Below, piece after piece: positions 16,807 through 31,575 of a stretch of DNA of 64,000 nucleotides. Both the position numbers and the translations under genes were made by a program. Below the pieces are notes generated by a model, which ran no database searches, was not told the DNA's origin, and worked only from the letters and a program-made list of their open reading frames with translations. The first letter of the stretch is position 1. Each line of letters starts with the position of its first letter. The DNA comes from Paraspadella gotoi (Eukaryota; Animalia; Chaetognatha), in NCBI GenBank assembly GCA_051294375.1, contig CM119263.1, positions 16,222,532-16,286,531 on the forward strand, given 5' to 3'.

Positions 16807-18943
16807 ATGAACCGCCTATTTGGCAAGAGCAAGGCAAAAGGGCCGGCGCCCAATCTTGGTGACTGCATATCTAACGTCGACTCCCGCGCTGACTCTATCG
16901 AAAAGAAGGTTAACGCTCTTGACAAAGAGCTCCTCAAATATAAAGATCAGATGAAAAAGATGCGCGAGGGTCCGGCTAAAAACGCCGTCAAGCAAAAGGC
17001 TCTCCGCGTGCTGAAGCAAAAGAAGATGTATGAGGGCCAGCTGGAGAACCTACGCACACAGTCCTTCAACATGGAGCAGACGAACTACACTACCCAGATG
17101 CTTAAAGACACTAAGACGACCGTCGATGCCATGAAGGTGCGGGAAAATTATATAATACATAAATTACATACGTAATAGGTTCAACAGTTTTGTTACATAA
17201 GAAATATGATAGGCTCCAATTTTATAATCCAATAATTATATAATATATATATATAGTTTTATCAAGTAAAATCATATTTTAACAAGTTTGAGCAAACAAT
17301 GTCGGATCTGCCTACGATCATTAGCGGTAATTAATTAATGTTAATTAATTATAATTAGGCAATTAATTAATTAATTTTATGCGAAATGTTTGTTTTTAGG
17401 TCTTTTCGTTACTGACCATGACAAAAGCAACGACGACAATAATGGCGACGACGTCAATAATGCCGTTAAAAATGGCCTTAATTGATAAATTAATTAAATA
17501 TTTAATTAATAGATATATAAATTGATTGAATAATTTATGAAATTATTGACTAATTAATTAATTATTGAATAATTATTGATTAATTACTGAATAATTTATT
17601 GATTAATTGATTATTGTTGTTGCAAATAAATTCAAACTTTTTTCTACTGATTAATTGATTAATTAACTGATTAATTATTTTATTAATTAATACAACTTGC
17701 GTTTACATATAAAATAAAAAAAGAAGCATTCATGAAACAGGTTTTTTTGTTTTTTCCATTTAAACTCATTTCCACTCAGATGGTTTCATCGAAACTTTAT
17801 TTTGAGCTTAATCACTTTCCTATCCAATTTCAAGTCAATCGCCCCATCCACTCATGAGAATTAGGTAATTGGCGTTCAAATAGTGAAATTGATTTTGTTT
17901 TTTCAATTTAAGCTCATTTCCACTCGCACGATTTCATCCAAACTTCATATCCAGCTCAATCACACACTACCCTACTTGCACACAAAATTTCATTCCAATC
18001 CATCCATCCAATCACGGATAATTGGAATTTTTTGCTAAGGTGGTACGGATGGACGAACGGACATCATTTTTTTTTTTTTTTTGCATAATTTATCATAATA
18101 CGATATTCTGTCAGGATATAAGTGAATGCCCGACAAGATTGAGGGGGCGGACCGACAAAGTGTATTATAGAGTCGGGATCTGCTGATAAGTAGATCCGAC
18201 TAAAAATCTTATCAATCTTAAAAAGCTTTAGGATTTATTATAAAAATTTAAAGTTATAAAAATATAACCGTGAAGCGAAGAGAAACGAGCGAAATAAGAA
18301 TCGAATGAAATATATTTCTCGGAAGGAAATTATTGATACGAGAGCAAAACGAAATCAACGAATCTGATCTACTGCGAGAAAATCCCGAGAGAGGGAGGAA
18401 TGAGAGAGAGAGAGAGAGGAGTAGAGGAGGAAAACAAAAGATTTGCTGCAACCGACTGTTTTTTCTAAATAAGATTAGGGAAAATTTTACCTGTAAGACT
18501 GCCAGAAATCCAACGAGGAAAACATTTTTTTCTCAGGTCGGCGTGAAGGAAATGAAAAAGGAATTCAAAAATGTAAATATCGAGCAAGTGGAGGATCTAC
18601 AGGACGAGTTGGCAGATATGATGGAGGATGCCAACGAGATCCAGGAGGTCATGGGGAGGCAATACGGCATGCCTGATGATATTGATGAGGTATCTTTATA
18701 ACCTTATGAAAGGGAACAAAATCGCTGTAGAGATCTCAACAGCCCTCGTTCGTTCAGGACGACCTTGCGGCTGAGCTGGACGCTTTGGGCGACGACATTC
18801 TCCTGGACGATGACTCTACTTTCCTTGACGACGCCGTCGCCGCACCCTCCATACCGACCAGCGAACCCGGCGGGGAGACCGCGAAAACTCAGGACGGCGT
18901 CCTTTTGGACGAGTTCGGACTTCCTCAAATTCCCGCCAAATGA
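16807..18943 (+). CDS. CHMP5: ESCRT-III subunit CHMP5/Vps60
   Basis: Exons 16807-17136, 18537-18689, 18758-18943. [42 protein letters not shown], and C-terminal [16 protein letters not shown]. Confidence 0.96.
17279..18205 (-). mobile_element. Non-autonomous Helentron-derived element (HINE/DINE-1-like), family A
   Basis: On the minus strand: 5' hairpin AGTCGGATCTAC...GCAGATCCCGACT, (GTCC)n microsatellite, 3' subterminal inverted repeat GCAGATCCGAC, short stem-loop GTTTGCTCAAAC and T-run end. Other copies at 47024-48192 (+), 51298-51725 (-) and 59356-60240. Confidence 0.7.
18272..18450 (+). repeat. Dispersed ~180-bp repeat
   Basis: GAAGCGAAGAGAAACGAGCGAAATAAGAATCGAATGAAATATA...GAATCTGATCTACTGCG..AAATCCCGAGAGAGGG recurs at ~29214-29390 in a TPR intron. 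Confidence 0.75.
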
Positions 18944-19464
18944 TCCCTTCACCCGGATGACGGAAAAAATTCTATTTACGAAAAAAGGGGAAAAGAATTT
19001 TCTATCCAAATTGGCTAGGGTCAGAAAATTTACTTATGAGATCTTGCGACTCATTGATTTTATTTTTGAAATCGTATGAGCCATGGTTTATGAATATAAA
19101 GATCTTTAAAATTGAAGTAACTCTTTCCGATTTTCGTACTTTTGAATTTTCACGTGTTAATATTTCTAAAAACCTGTATGTATTTTGCTATTATGCACTT
19201 CTAGTCTTTGCTTTCGGTGTCTTTGCGGCGAATCATCGCGGACGAATCAAGCCGCATGAATATCCCTGTCTTATTTCCTCCATTTTTGTAGTGCCTCACT
19301 ACAGAGGAACCTATATTTCGAGTTACAAATTTCCAACATCCCGATCGTCACGATGAACTGAAACTGGAAACCTATTCCTTTCAAAACTCTGCATTTCATA
19401 CACGGCCGTTTTCGTTACGATTTATGCTAAAATTTCTTTTTAAATTCCCTCGACTGAACTCGGG

Positions 19465-20410
19465 ATGGCTCGCTTGCGTCGTCACGAAAGGACGGAAGTA
19501 AGTTGCTTTATCAAATACCTCGTCTTCGGCTTCAACGTCTTCTTTTGGTTGATCGGGATCGCCGCTTGCGCGGCCGGCTTCTACGCTTGGGTGGAAAAGG
19601 TATTGGGATATTGGTCGAAAATCTAACGCCAATCATTATCAACTAGGATAAAACGTGTTATAAATATTTTATTCGCATTATTAACAGTTATTCACAATTC
19701 ACTTTTCTCTTTGCAAGGACACTCTGACTAACCTCTCCAAGCTATCTCGGATTCCTTTGGACCCGGCACTAGTGTTGATTATCGTCGGCGGCATCATGTT
19801 TATTCTTGGTTTTGCTGGCTGCGTGGGAGCCTTGCGGGAGAACACCACACTCCTCCTTTTCTTCTCCTTCAGCGTAGGTCTCATACTCTTCGTGGAACTT
19901 GCGGCCGGCATCCTGCTTTTTCTCTACAAGGACTGGGTAAAGGAGCAGGCAAAAGTTCAGTTCCACAACATGATCGTAAACTACCGCGAAGATCCCGACC
20001 TTCAAAATCTAATCGATTGGGTTCAAGAGAAGTGGCTTCGCTGCTGTGGCGTCACCGATCCCAGGGATTGGGAAGCCAATATGTATTTTAACTGTTCGCC
20101 CAGTTCTATTTACAAAAATCCGACGGAGGCCTGTGGCGTACCATATTCGTGTTGCAAGCGGCCGCCAGAGCAGCCTGACTTCGTAACTAACAAGCAGTGT
20201 GGCTACGGGGTTCTGGCACCCGACTTTAAGCACCTCAGCTCTACGATCTACACAGACGGCTGCATTGAAGCCGGGGAGAAGTGGTTCGAACAAAACCTAA
20301 TTCCCGTTGCTGGCGTCGCCGTCGGGGTAGCGTTACTACAGATCCTCGGGATCTGCTTTGCTCAAAATTTAAGAAGCGACATTTTCGCGCAGATGGCAAA
20401 GTGGCGATAG
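19465..20410 (+). CDS. Tetraspanin of the TspanC8 group (TSPAN5/14/17-like)
   Basis: Exons 19465-19599, 19718-20410. EVSCFIKYLVFGFNVFFW, GFAGCVGALREN, YREDPDLQNLID, CCG motif, N.YFNC, ACGVPYSCC (8-Cys loop), FAQNLRSDI. Confidence 0.92.
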
Positions 20411-20911
20411 TCTCAAATTACTAAATTATTTTATGGTCTTACTTTATATAATAATATTGTTATATCAATATATGGTCCATAATTATTAATTAATTACATT
20501 CTGTAATTTTTTGTTTAAGAAAACGCGCTTTCTCGGGACTTTTGTTCATATCACCCGGGACTTTTGTCCATACAAAAAATAACTGTTGTTGGATAACGTT
20601 TAAATATTTTTTCTGACAATCTATATTCTTAAATGATGAGAATATCTTTTGTTTCCTTATTAACTGCTTTTTACGTATTTTTTATTTTATGTTTTGTTTT
20701 TTGTCTTTGTTTTTTTTATTACAGTGATGAGGAGGAGGAGGGTCTTATTCTTTTGTTCTGACTTCCCTTTTTTCTTGGACGAAATTCGATCGAAATGATT
20801 GTTAATACTATTTGAATAAGTCGCATGTTTGTAAATTTAGTCTTACAAATTTTTGAAATTAATTTGATTGATTAACTCACTAGTCTCATTCAGACTGATA
20901 TGTACTGTAGA

Positions 20912-21840
20912 CAGGGTTGGCATTAAAAATTAAAAAATGACTTAAATTTTTTAATATGAAACATTAAATTGTTGAAGCAAAAATTTAAATCATATAAAAT
21001 CTATCATATAATTTAATGATAAAAAATAACCCTAAACCTATGTTTTACATGTTTACTATCAGTATCACTTTCGTTGCTGGCTTCTGTACCATTTTCCTTA
21101 TATTAAGTAATTCTAATCGTGAATCACAAATTATGTTAAGAGTAACACATTAAAAATGATTGCTATTCTGTCGTTATTATTTAACACAAGGTTCGGGTTC
21201 TTTTAAATCTATTTATCAGAAAAAAATTAAACTTCAATATAATTATATATTTGAATATTTGTCACAAGTTAAATAATTCTCTGAAAAGGTATCCTAACCA
21301 GGAGTAAAGTAACAAGAATGCAGGAAAAAATCTTAGCTTAATTAAATACCTTAATATTTTATTAACTCAAATATTGTATCCGAACATCAAAATTTATTTT
21401 TACTTTTAATTTTAGTTAGTAAGGCAAAAACATGTACGAAAGATGTACTTCAATTTTTAATGTATTAGTAATTTATATAAATGTTTATGATGCTTATTTA
21501 TATCAAATATTTTGAGTATTTAATTACTTTTTTCTAATAAAATTAAGTTTATACACTTTTTTCATAACAGGTTTTATTCAGAAAATATAATATTTATATT
21601 TATTACATTTGTTTACCATAAAAAATATTAATTAATTAATACTATTATTAAATATAATCAGTATATTTTTTTATCAGTAATCACTTAAGAAGTATAAATA
21701 TTTTAAATTTGTATATTAAAAAGAATTAATATGACAGTCTGCTATCTATAATTTAAAAAAAACCAATAATACCCAAAAAAAACCAAAAAAATCCAGTGGG
21801 CTGGGTTTTTTTTTAAAAACTTAGGTTTTTGCCAACCCAG
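20912..21840. mobile_element. Non-autonomous hAT-type DNA transposon
   Basis: TIR CAGGGTTGGCA / TGCCAACCCAG (1 mismatch); 8-bp TSD ACTGTAGA at 20904-20911 and 21841-21848. Confidence 0.85.
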
Positions 21841-22184
21841 ACTGTAGAATGGCTTGTCACCAATCTCTCGATTATCTGTTTTCATAAGTATATGTAAAAA
21901 TTTAAAATCCAAATCTTTACATATGAAATTGGTACAACTAATATAATTTTTAAATATGGCAATAAAAAAACTTTTTTCTATCTTGGGTGAAGTTTCAAAA
22001 ATGTTTTTTCACTAATAATTATTATATTTCGGTTTTCTATTTCAATTTATCGTTTACATTTATAGTCTAAATTAAAGATAAGAATATAAATTGCTGGACA
22101 TTTAAATAATACAAATTGTTAATATTTATTTTCAGTCCTACTTTTTGTTGCATTAAGGACTTGTATAACAATCTCCAACCGCAA

Positions 22185-25100
22185 ATGGCGGGTGTCGACA
22201 GCATTGTCGAAGAAGTCGCCTCTATCCTTAACCTCGGTAAGCCCTCTCTTCCGAAAGACAAGCGGGACAAAATTCTCCTCATCTTGACGCAACGCTGCAA
22301 AGATATCGACGACCTACAAATCCAACATGAAAAGCTTCGTTGTGACTCCGAAAAACGCGGCGTCGACTTGGAGAAGCGCCTTATGGATGCGCAGAGAGCC
22401 GCCGAGACAGAAGCATCTAAGTCGCGGGAGGCGGAGTCCCAACTCAACGCAACTCGGGAGAGGTTGAAGGAGGCTCAGGCCAACCTTAATATGAGCTCGT
22501 CCTCGCAAGAATCATCTTTAAGCGCTCAATTGCGGTTGCAGAGTAGGATCGACCATCTTGAGAACGAGAAGCGGGACCTAGCCGTCGGGCTAGAAAGAAA
22601 GAACGCCCAAATCGAGCAAATGTCCGAAGATTACAAACGTGTCAATGCCATGCTCGCAGACGCCAACTCTGTCAAGTACGATTTCATTTCCAAATACGAA
22701 GATGCCAATGGACGCCTGGTTAGCCTTGACTTTCGGCAAAGGCGTTTGCAAAATGAGGTTGAGTCTTTGAGGCGCCAAGCCTTACAGAATCAAAAGGAAA
22801 TTGACGAAAAGACAGAAGAGTTGAGCATCGTTAGAAAAGAGCACGTGGTAAAGGTTTCGGAGTTGCAGGTCGAGTTGGAGAAAAAATCCGAGGAATCGCG
22901 AATACGCGAAAACAAGGTGTCTACGGTGGAGGAGCGGCTTAAAATAGTTGAGGAGCAAAACGAAACGTATATCGAAAAATTAAAAAGCTTACAGGACCTC
23001 CAAGTGCAGCAATTGGAACAGCACCGGAATGAAATGGCCGCACAGGCAAAGTTGTCTAATATATACAAAGTCGCTTCAGAAGAAAGTGATGGAAAGATAC
23101 AGGAGCTTACTAAAGCTGTAGAAGAGCTTCAGAAGCTGTTAGACGACGCTACTGCTTCATATAATGATTTGACCAGACAGTTTTCTCAACAAGCGGCGGA
23201 AATCAATGTTGAGTCTGAGGGAAAGCAACTAAAAATAGAAGAACTCCTGAAAGAACTAGAAAATGCCAATGTACTCTTGGCCGAAGCTAAAAAAGGCGCC
23301 GTCCCACTCTCTGATCAGGACATCGAAAACTTGGCCCCTTCTGCCGCGGCTGCTTCCAAGATGCTCCGTTCCGGCATGAGCCTCTCGCAAATTTACAATG
23401 AATACGTAAAAGTGTCGAACAAAAGCGACGAAATGAAAGCTGAAAACAGTCAGTTAAAGATGTCCCTGGAAGCCATTTTCAACGAATTAGAGGCAAAAGC
23501 CCCGATCCTAAAGAAACAGCGTGAGGATTATGAGCAAGCTATGAGTACTATCGAGCAGATGAGTGGCGCCAATGCGAGCACCTTGACCCAACTGGAGGTA
23601 TTGCAAGGGGAAAAAGAGAATCTGACGCGAAAAATTTCGCAAATGGGTAGAGAAAACCTACGATATCGCCAAGAAAACAAGGACCTCTGTTCTCAGGTGC
23701 AATTCCTCATCAAGGAGGTGGAAGAATCGAGAGGAAGAAAAGTAGTTAAGGAGCAAGAATCCTCCTATGTGTCATCGTCTTCTGCGGTTTCAGTGGATGC
23801 CACAACCGCCGAAGCGGTTGTTTCTGGAAGATTAGTTTTATTTCGCACTATAGAAGAATTGCAGCAGCGGAATCGCGAGTTATTGGCCGTTGTGAGAGAA
23901 TTAAGTGAGCAAAAGGAGCAAGAGGAGCAAGAAGCCGCTGACAAAAAAGTCGTAGAGTTGAAGGAAGAATTATCGAAAGTGCAGCGTGATTTGGACGAGA
24001 TGGTTGACGCCCGAGAGCGGCAAAAGGTTTTAGTCGACTCAATTATCGCTCAGCGGGATTCTTATCGTTATCTTCTTAATCAGATGAATTGTACAGATTT
24101 AACAGGGCTTGATAATACGGTTTCAGAACAAGACAAAACTTATAAAGAAAAGTTTGATAATCGCATATTGCTTGATAAAGGAAAAACGCCGGATAAAAAT
24201 ACACCGACTCACAGAGTTGATACGTCGCCCATAGCAGTTAATGCCTCACTATTGCAGTCTCAGGCTAAAGTATCTACATTAACGATGGAAATTGAAAAGC
24301 TTTCAGTGGATAACGAGGCCCGGAAGTTTGAAATAGAAAATTTGAAAAAGAAATATGCCGAGGAACGAGACGGAAGAGAGGAAGTGATAGAAAAATTACG
24401 AAACGAAATGACGGATATTAAAGTTCAAAATTCTCAGCTTATTTCGCAATTGGAGTTTGCCAATGATAAGTACAAAGTTCTTTATGGAAATGTGGAGATT
24501 TATAAAAAGGAGGTAAAATCTCTCCAAGACAAAAACGATGAATTGAGCTCTGCTCTTACAAGGCAGGAAGAAGTAGCCAAAAATCTAACTAAAGAAAGTT
24601 TAAAACTACAAGAAAAGTTATCAGCTAGCGAGATTCAGGAAAGATCGATGAGACAGCAAATAGCCCAATTAGAGACTAGAAATGCTTCAATTAACCTTGA
24701 GATTGAGAGTCTTACTACTGAAGCCTGCACACGAGAATCCATATCAAGTAATCTAGAACGTATTAATAATGTTCTTCAATTTCAGGAAGAATCCATCAAG
24801 AACCGTTTGCAGGAAGAAAACAACAAATTAACAAGAGACGTTGATAATCTACAACGAAAATTAGACAGTGAGCGCGAGCAGTCTCAAGTAGCTGCTGCTG
24901 CTTACGATAGTCAAATTCGAGAATTAAGGGGACAACTTGAAATGGAGTTACGAGGACATCAAGCTTCTCGAGAAAATATGACGGAACTCCGCCTTAATTT
25001 TGAGAGAACAAAGATGTCTTTAGAAATGCTTCAGAAGGAAAAGGATGCAAATTTTAATGTTGAAATTAGTAGCAATAAAAAAGAGTCGACCATCGAATTT

Positions 25101-28100
25101 GAAAAAACCTTTGAAGTGGCTAAAGAAATTCCTGCGTTCGAAGATTCGGACCAGACTCTTGCTGCACAAACTAAAACTATTCATGATCTAAGACACACTA
25201 GTGATCAATATAAGCGGCATGTAGTTCAGTATCAAGCTATGGTTTCATCATTGGAAAATACTCTTGAAGATCAACGTAAAACCTCTGAGGAAATTCAAGA
25301 CTCCCTTCAGAATCAATTAAAAGAAAAAGAAGAGCAAGTAAAAAAATTAGAGAACCGTCTTAAGGATTTTGAGGTACAAAAGAATAAACTATTTGAAGAG
25401 AAAGAACTGGTTCAAAAAGAGATGAGTAAGTTGACATCCTCTTGGAATGAAAGAGTTCATGATATGCAGGAGGATTTGTTCAGAGCCAAATCTCAAAATC
25501 AAGATTTGGAACGGAAATTGCAGGCCCTTCAAGAATCTAACGAGAAAATTGGTTTTAGAAATGTGGTCCTTGAAGAGCAAGTCGGGGATATCAAGCCTAA
25601 GCTCGCTGAAACGTTGAACGATTTAAATTGCAAAAATTCTGAAATTGAAAATCTTTCCTTACAATTACATGCAGCCCAAGAACTCGAAAGAAAGGCAGTA
25701 GCCGAACATCAAAAATGCGAGGAAGATTGGAAAATGGTAAAAATGAATCTTGAAGAACAAATTGAAGCTCAAAGAAATCAGCTGGAAGCAATGAAAACCG
25801 AAAACACCTCTTTGACGAGCAAGTTAAACTCTTTTTCTTCTGAGGTTGTGGCAAAAATGTCGTCAGAAAATACACGTAGAGATATAGATGTTTCTGCTGA
25901 AACTAGTTTAAAAACTAAAGGGACAAAAATGACACTTAGGAGTTCTGATGGCAAGACAGCTCAAGATGGGTCCCAAGAAAAAAGTTGTGAAAGTTCTCAA
26001 ACCAAAGAAACCAACATAATTTCAAGTCCAGTAACTCCAGAACAAATGGTTAATGTGAATAGATTTCTCAGACGGGAAAAAGAAATCGCGGAAACTAGAT
26101 TAGAGATTCTTCAAGCCGAAGTGACTCGATTGAAGCAGCACAATGACTACATAGAGAAACAATTATCTTTAACTACAAAACATTTAGCGAATGAGAGACA
26201 GCGATCATCCATGCATATAAAGTCAGCATCAGAACACGCAGAACTGATGCGGAAAGTTGAAACCGTTAATACGATCACTGCAGCAAATAAAAAATTATGT
26301 GCGGAAAAAGAAAAACTTCAACAAGAAAAGGATGATTTTAACAACAAATTGACTCGCTTAGAAGCAGAGGTTTTACCTCTTGAAGCCTCAAAACGAGATC
26401 TACAAGCAATTGTGGATACACTTTCTGCTGAAAAGAGTGCTTTTACGCAAGAATCTAAACGTTGGCAATTAAGGGTGACCAATCTTATTGAACAAAAGAA
26501 TAAGACGGAAGCCGATGAAAATAAAAAATTGTTAGAAGAAAGAAAATCTCACCACCAGCAAATATCAGAAATAAATTCGGAATTAAGTCAAAAAAATTCA
26601 GAAATACAGAAATACATGGATTTCCACATTCAGAATCAAAGTGAAATTTCCCGACTGAAGGAAGAGATGATTAAGGTAGGCAATGAACTAGAAGCTGAAC
26701 GTTCTAAACTTCAAACCATTAATGAAGAAATTTCTAAGAAAGATGAAGAAATTTTAAACAAAAATTCGAGCATAACACAACTTCGAAACTTGGGTCGAAA
26801 ATATAAAGGGCTTCATATCGATTCTGAAAATAAAGTAAAAGAATTAAAAATGGAATTGGAAAAATTGAACCAAGCACAGTCTATTGTAGAAGATAAAGAA
26901 ACTATTGAAAAATTACGAACAGAGTTGGAAAACCTCACAACGAATTATAAAAATGAGCAAGTGGCGCATGAAGAGATTGTTAAAAAAATTAATTCAGAAA
27001 AAGATGTTCTTGAAAGGGCACTTGTGGAAAAAGATAGTTTTTCTGCGCAACAGGGGTCCCTTGCTTCTCTTGAACAACAGGCTCAAATGGATGCCATTAA
27101 ATCGAAAATCAATCATCTTGAAAAAACAAATTCGGATTTGCTTAAAAAGAATGAAGAACAAGTAAAGGAAATTCAGACTTTTGTTAAAAAGGAAAGCAGC
27201 TTCCGTGACACTATGGTTAAAGTAAGGAGCAGTATTACTCAAAAGACCGAAGCCTTGAAGGTTGAACAGACGAAAGTGGCTTCGTTACAGGAAGAAAATC
27301 AATTTCTTCAGCAACGTGTAAATAATCTTGAAGCGGAAAAAAACAAATTATTAGCAGGCCAGCCGAACGCAGGTACGGATCTGGATTCTTCAGATGAAAA
27401 TAAGTTGCAAGTTCTCCAAAGCGAACTCGATACGATTCAGGACGAAAGAAACAACTTGGTAGTTGAAAGAAACGATCTCAAGGAAAAGGTGGAAGAATTA
27501 CAGTCTGAGGTAGACAGCTTGAGATCGGCAGTAAACCATCAAAAGACGACGACGGTTATCAGCCCGGCTGTAGAGCGCCCGTCTTCCTCAGAAAATCTTC
27601 CGACAGCTAACATTAGACCCTTGCCTTCACCAGGTGTCGGATTTCATACTGGTCCCTCTCGACCGGCCGCAACCTCGAGGTCGGCTGCTACAGTTATGAT
27701 CCGTTCCGACCCTCGGCATCCTAGAACCGATCGCTCGGTGGCAACAGTTTGTCCACAACCCGCTGCCGCTTCCACTCTTCCATCTTCCTCTTCCCGAGCT
27801 GCTCCTGGCTCGACCCCGGACGGCGGTACTGGTCAGGTATTGCGAGTCGCAGTTGCGCCCACCATCACTGTCTCCCCCACCGTGGCTCAACAGTCGGAGC
27901 AGGAACAGCTTCCGCAGCAAGGCGTTGTGTCTCTTGATGCTGACGAGAGAAGCTCCGGTGTCGCTGACACTTCATCGCGCGGTGACGGCCAATTCGTCAT
28001 CGTCAGTGTGCAAGGTGCTGCTGCCACTCCCTCGTCTCAAATCTCGCCGGTTGCTAGTAGTTCCACTCCACATGCCATTCAACGACCGCTCTCTCCAGTC

Positions 28101-31100
28101 AGCGATTCCACGGCCACGACTGGTAGGTCTTAATGTGAGCGAAATGAACGAAATGATGAAAAACTTACAGATAAAATGACATTATTGACTTTAATAAAAC
28201 TGCACTTTCGAAAATAATGTATTTTGGTTCGAATTTTTTTCAAATTTATATCGCTAGTGTTTTTTCGCAAGGTTTATCTCCTTCTGCTAACACCATGCCC
28301 ACTGAGAAAGAGCCGCCCTCCACCTCGGGCCAGCATCAACTGCAAGAGGCGTCCATGTCGACGTCCTCTACTCTTTCTGGGAAACGCGGACGTATCTCCG
28401 ACTCCTCGACAATCGGCGATGGCGACGCCGAGACAGAGATCTCTCCTAAGAACAAGCGGTCTCGAGTCATTTTCGTTGATCCCACGGACAATGCGTTAAA
28501 TCCCAACAATTCGGATGCGGTGACTTCTTCAGAACCGGCTTTTCCATTGCGACTTGGTGTCTCCAGCGGCGTCTCGGTAGGTTCCGGCCAGACCCCCACC
28601 GGCGGAGCTCCATCGTCCTCTTCTCAACCCCCCATCGCCGTCCTCTTTCCTTCCCCCGTGAACGCCGCCGAGGCAAATGCTGAAGAGGCAAACCGCCACG
28701 TTGTAGGGTCATCCAACAACTCTGCTTCCGCCTCGGACGAAGTCCCTGCTGTCGAAGGCGGGCGCTCTTCTCTGCTGAGAGTTGCTGCAGAAGGTTCTTC
28801 AGTGACGGGGGTGGAAGCAGTCATCCACGGCAAAGTGTCGACCTCGGCCTCCGCTTGGACGTCGTCGTCTTCCTCGTCTTCATCGAGCGCAGCGGCGGCT
28901 ACGGCCTCGCAACCTACCAATCAGCAACCCACCTCGACAAAGGCTTCAACCCCGGATCCCCAGGACGACGATGATCCCGACTGCATCGTCGTCGAGAGCG
29001 ACGATGACGACGACGAGTCGGCGCCGCCGCCCCCTAAGTTGCAGGGCGTTGGGAGGGGGATAAGGTATTTGCCTGTAATAAAATCTTTGGTGTGGGCGCG
29101 GAACTGGCGTGTGGGAAATCCGTGGGCGGCGATTACAGTTTATCCACAAGCCCGAGTCATTTTCCCGGGGCGCGTTTTAATTTTAGATTAAACCTGAAAG
29201 AAAGGAATTGAACTGAAGCGAAGAGAAACGAGCGAAATAAGAATCGAATGAAATATATCTTCAGAAGGAAAATTATTAACAGTAAAACGAAATCAACGAA
29301 TCTGATCTACTGCGAAAAATCCCGAGAGAGGGCGGGATGAGAGAGGGAGAAAAGAGGAGGAGAGAAGGAGAACAAAAGACTCGCTGCAAAACAATCATTA
29401 ATACCAAAGCACTAATAGTATCCACTACTACTAGTTTCAAATAGTAATTTTTAAAGCACAGTAAAATCAAGGTACATTAAATAATTAAATACACATATTA
29501 AAATTAAAATGTAAGCCAAAGTGTTTGTGAAATCCACTTGAGAATTGAGGACAGTCCACTAGAAATTATGAAGCTGTAGTCTTTACTAAAGACTTTAGTC
29601 ACTTGAGACCCTTGTTAAAATTGTTAAAATTATTCTAAGTTTTACTAGACATTAACCATGTCTTGCCCGACTTAACCATAACCAAGTCTTACCAGACTTA
29701 TCCTTTCCTATTTTTTCTCTCGGGAGATGTCGCGTTTGCAGAGCAGAAGCTCACTTGTTGGTGGGGAAGAACCATGAAGAATCCCGGTTCCATTCGGAAC
29801 CATAAATTTCTCCTCTGGAGTTGGCTTGGGACTTAGCAGGCCCGTAAAAGCCCCCCCTTTTGGCTTTAACCGTCTTTTAACTGCCCTTTTGTTTTTAACC
29901 ATTGCTCTCTTTTGTTCAAAGTTAACCTCTGCTTCACTCAGAACCATTTTTTTGCTTCTTGCTTTTCTCAAAGCCTATCCTTGCTTCTCCTGCTTTTCCC
30001 AAAGCTAATCACTGCTTTGCCTAAAGCCTATCCTTACAATATCAATTACTTATTTATAATACTTTATCAATTTATCTTCCGTCATTTAATCACTAATAAA
30101 AACGGTAGTCACTTTTTTATTACATTGCCGATTGAGAGAATTATTGAAAATTTGTGGAATCGTTTTGATTTTTTATTGATAGACACAAATATTTTTTTTC
30201 AGGGGTCGACGTGGTGGGAGATACGTAGGCGTCTCTGCGAGAGGTATCGTTCCCCGTGCTGACGAGGAGGAAGAAGAAGAAGAAGATAGGCATGAAGCTC
30301 CCTCGGGCGACGAAAACATGGACTCGGATGTAGAAGGAGACGACGAGGAAGAGGACGATCCAGAGGAAGAAATCGAGGATGAAGACTACGAACGAGTCGA
30401 GGACGACGACGAGGAAGATATGGTTAACGAAGAAGAAGACGTGGAGGAAGAGGACGAGGAAAGTTTCGATCGCGGTGAAGCCGAGTCGATCGAAGACGAC
30501 GAAGAGGACGAAACGGCCGTTCGTCGTCAAGAGTCGGACGACGACGTCATCGTGGAGGACAATGACGAATCCCCTCTCCGCCCACCAGCGACAGATGCCA
30601 CCGTCCCACCCCTCGTCATGACCACTTCTTCTTCGGCCCACCCCCCTGCGCCTCCCTCCTTGCCTGCTGCTGGCGCTCGCCTTGAGACCGAGGACCGCAC
30701 GGTGCCGTCGACCCCTACTCTGATACTCTCCGCCGCGCACGCCTCGGGGACGGGAAGCGCAGAAGCGGTCTCTTCTCCCTCCGTACCGCATACGCCGCAC
30801 GCCGAACAGGTATATGGCAAAACATCTAACTCATGTTAATTGCGAGTGCTCGCGGAGCAACTCTATAAGTCAATTTTTGGTTGGTCGGTATGTCTGTCCG
30901 TCAATCTGTCCCACTTAAAAATGCATATAATTCGCCTACAGTCCTGTGCAAAAAAAAACAAAAACCCGCCACTTTATAAATTTAAATTCCAGACACTCTA
31001 TAAAAACATTTTTAAAAATTATATAAAAAAAATAAAATTTGTTAAAAAGGAATCAATTTTATTAAATTTTATTATAATCGGTCAAGTGGTTTAGGAGATA

Positions 31101-31544
31101 TGATTTTTTAAACTTGAGTGTTCCAAAACTAAACGGGAAAATCGACTTTTATCTACACAAATTTTTTTTAACTAGAAAAACTATAAATTGAAAAAGGCTA
31201 TCATTGTGGTTGTGAAAAAGCTTTTGTCATTCAGATTGCTCAGACACATACTCCAATTTCTATATCTGTAAGATGAACAAAAATTTTAAAACATTTAATT
31301 TTTTTTATAAAAATATATCTTTTAACAAGAAGGTCCTATTCAAATATTATATGAAATTGGTACAACCAATATAAAAATTATCCATTCATTTAATGAAATT
31401 GGTACAACCAATATAAAATTATCCATTCATTTAATAAATAAGCTATCTTGTCCCTGACTTTGGACAGGCTTTGGTGGTTTAAGGCCTCCATCACACTTAC
31501 AAGAAAATATTATATTATATTATATATATAATATATATATATTT

Positions 31545-31575
<31 letters not shown>

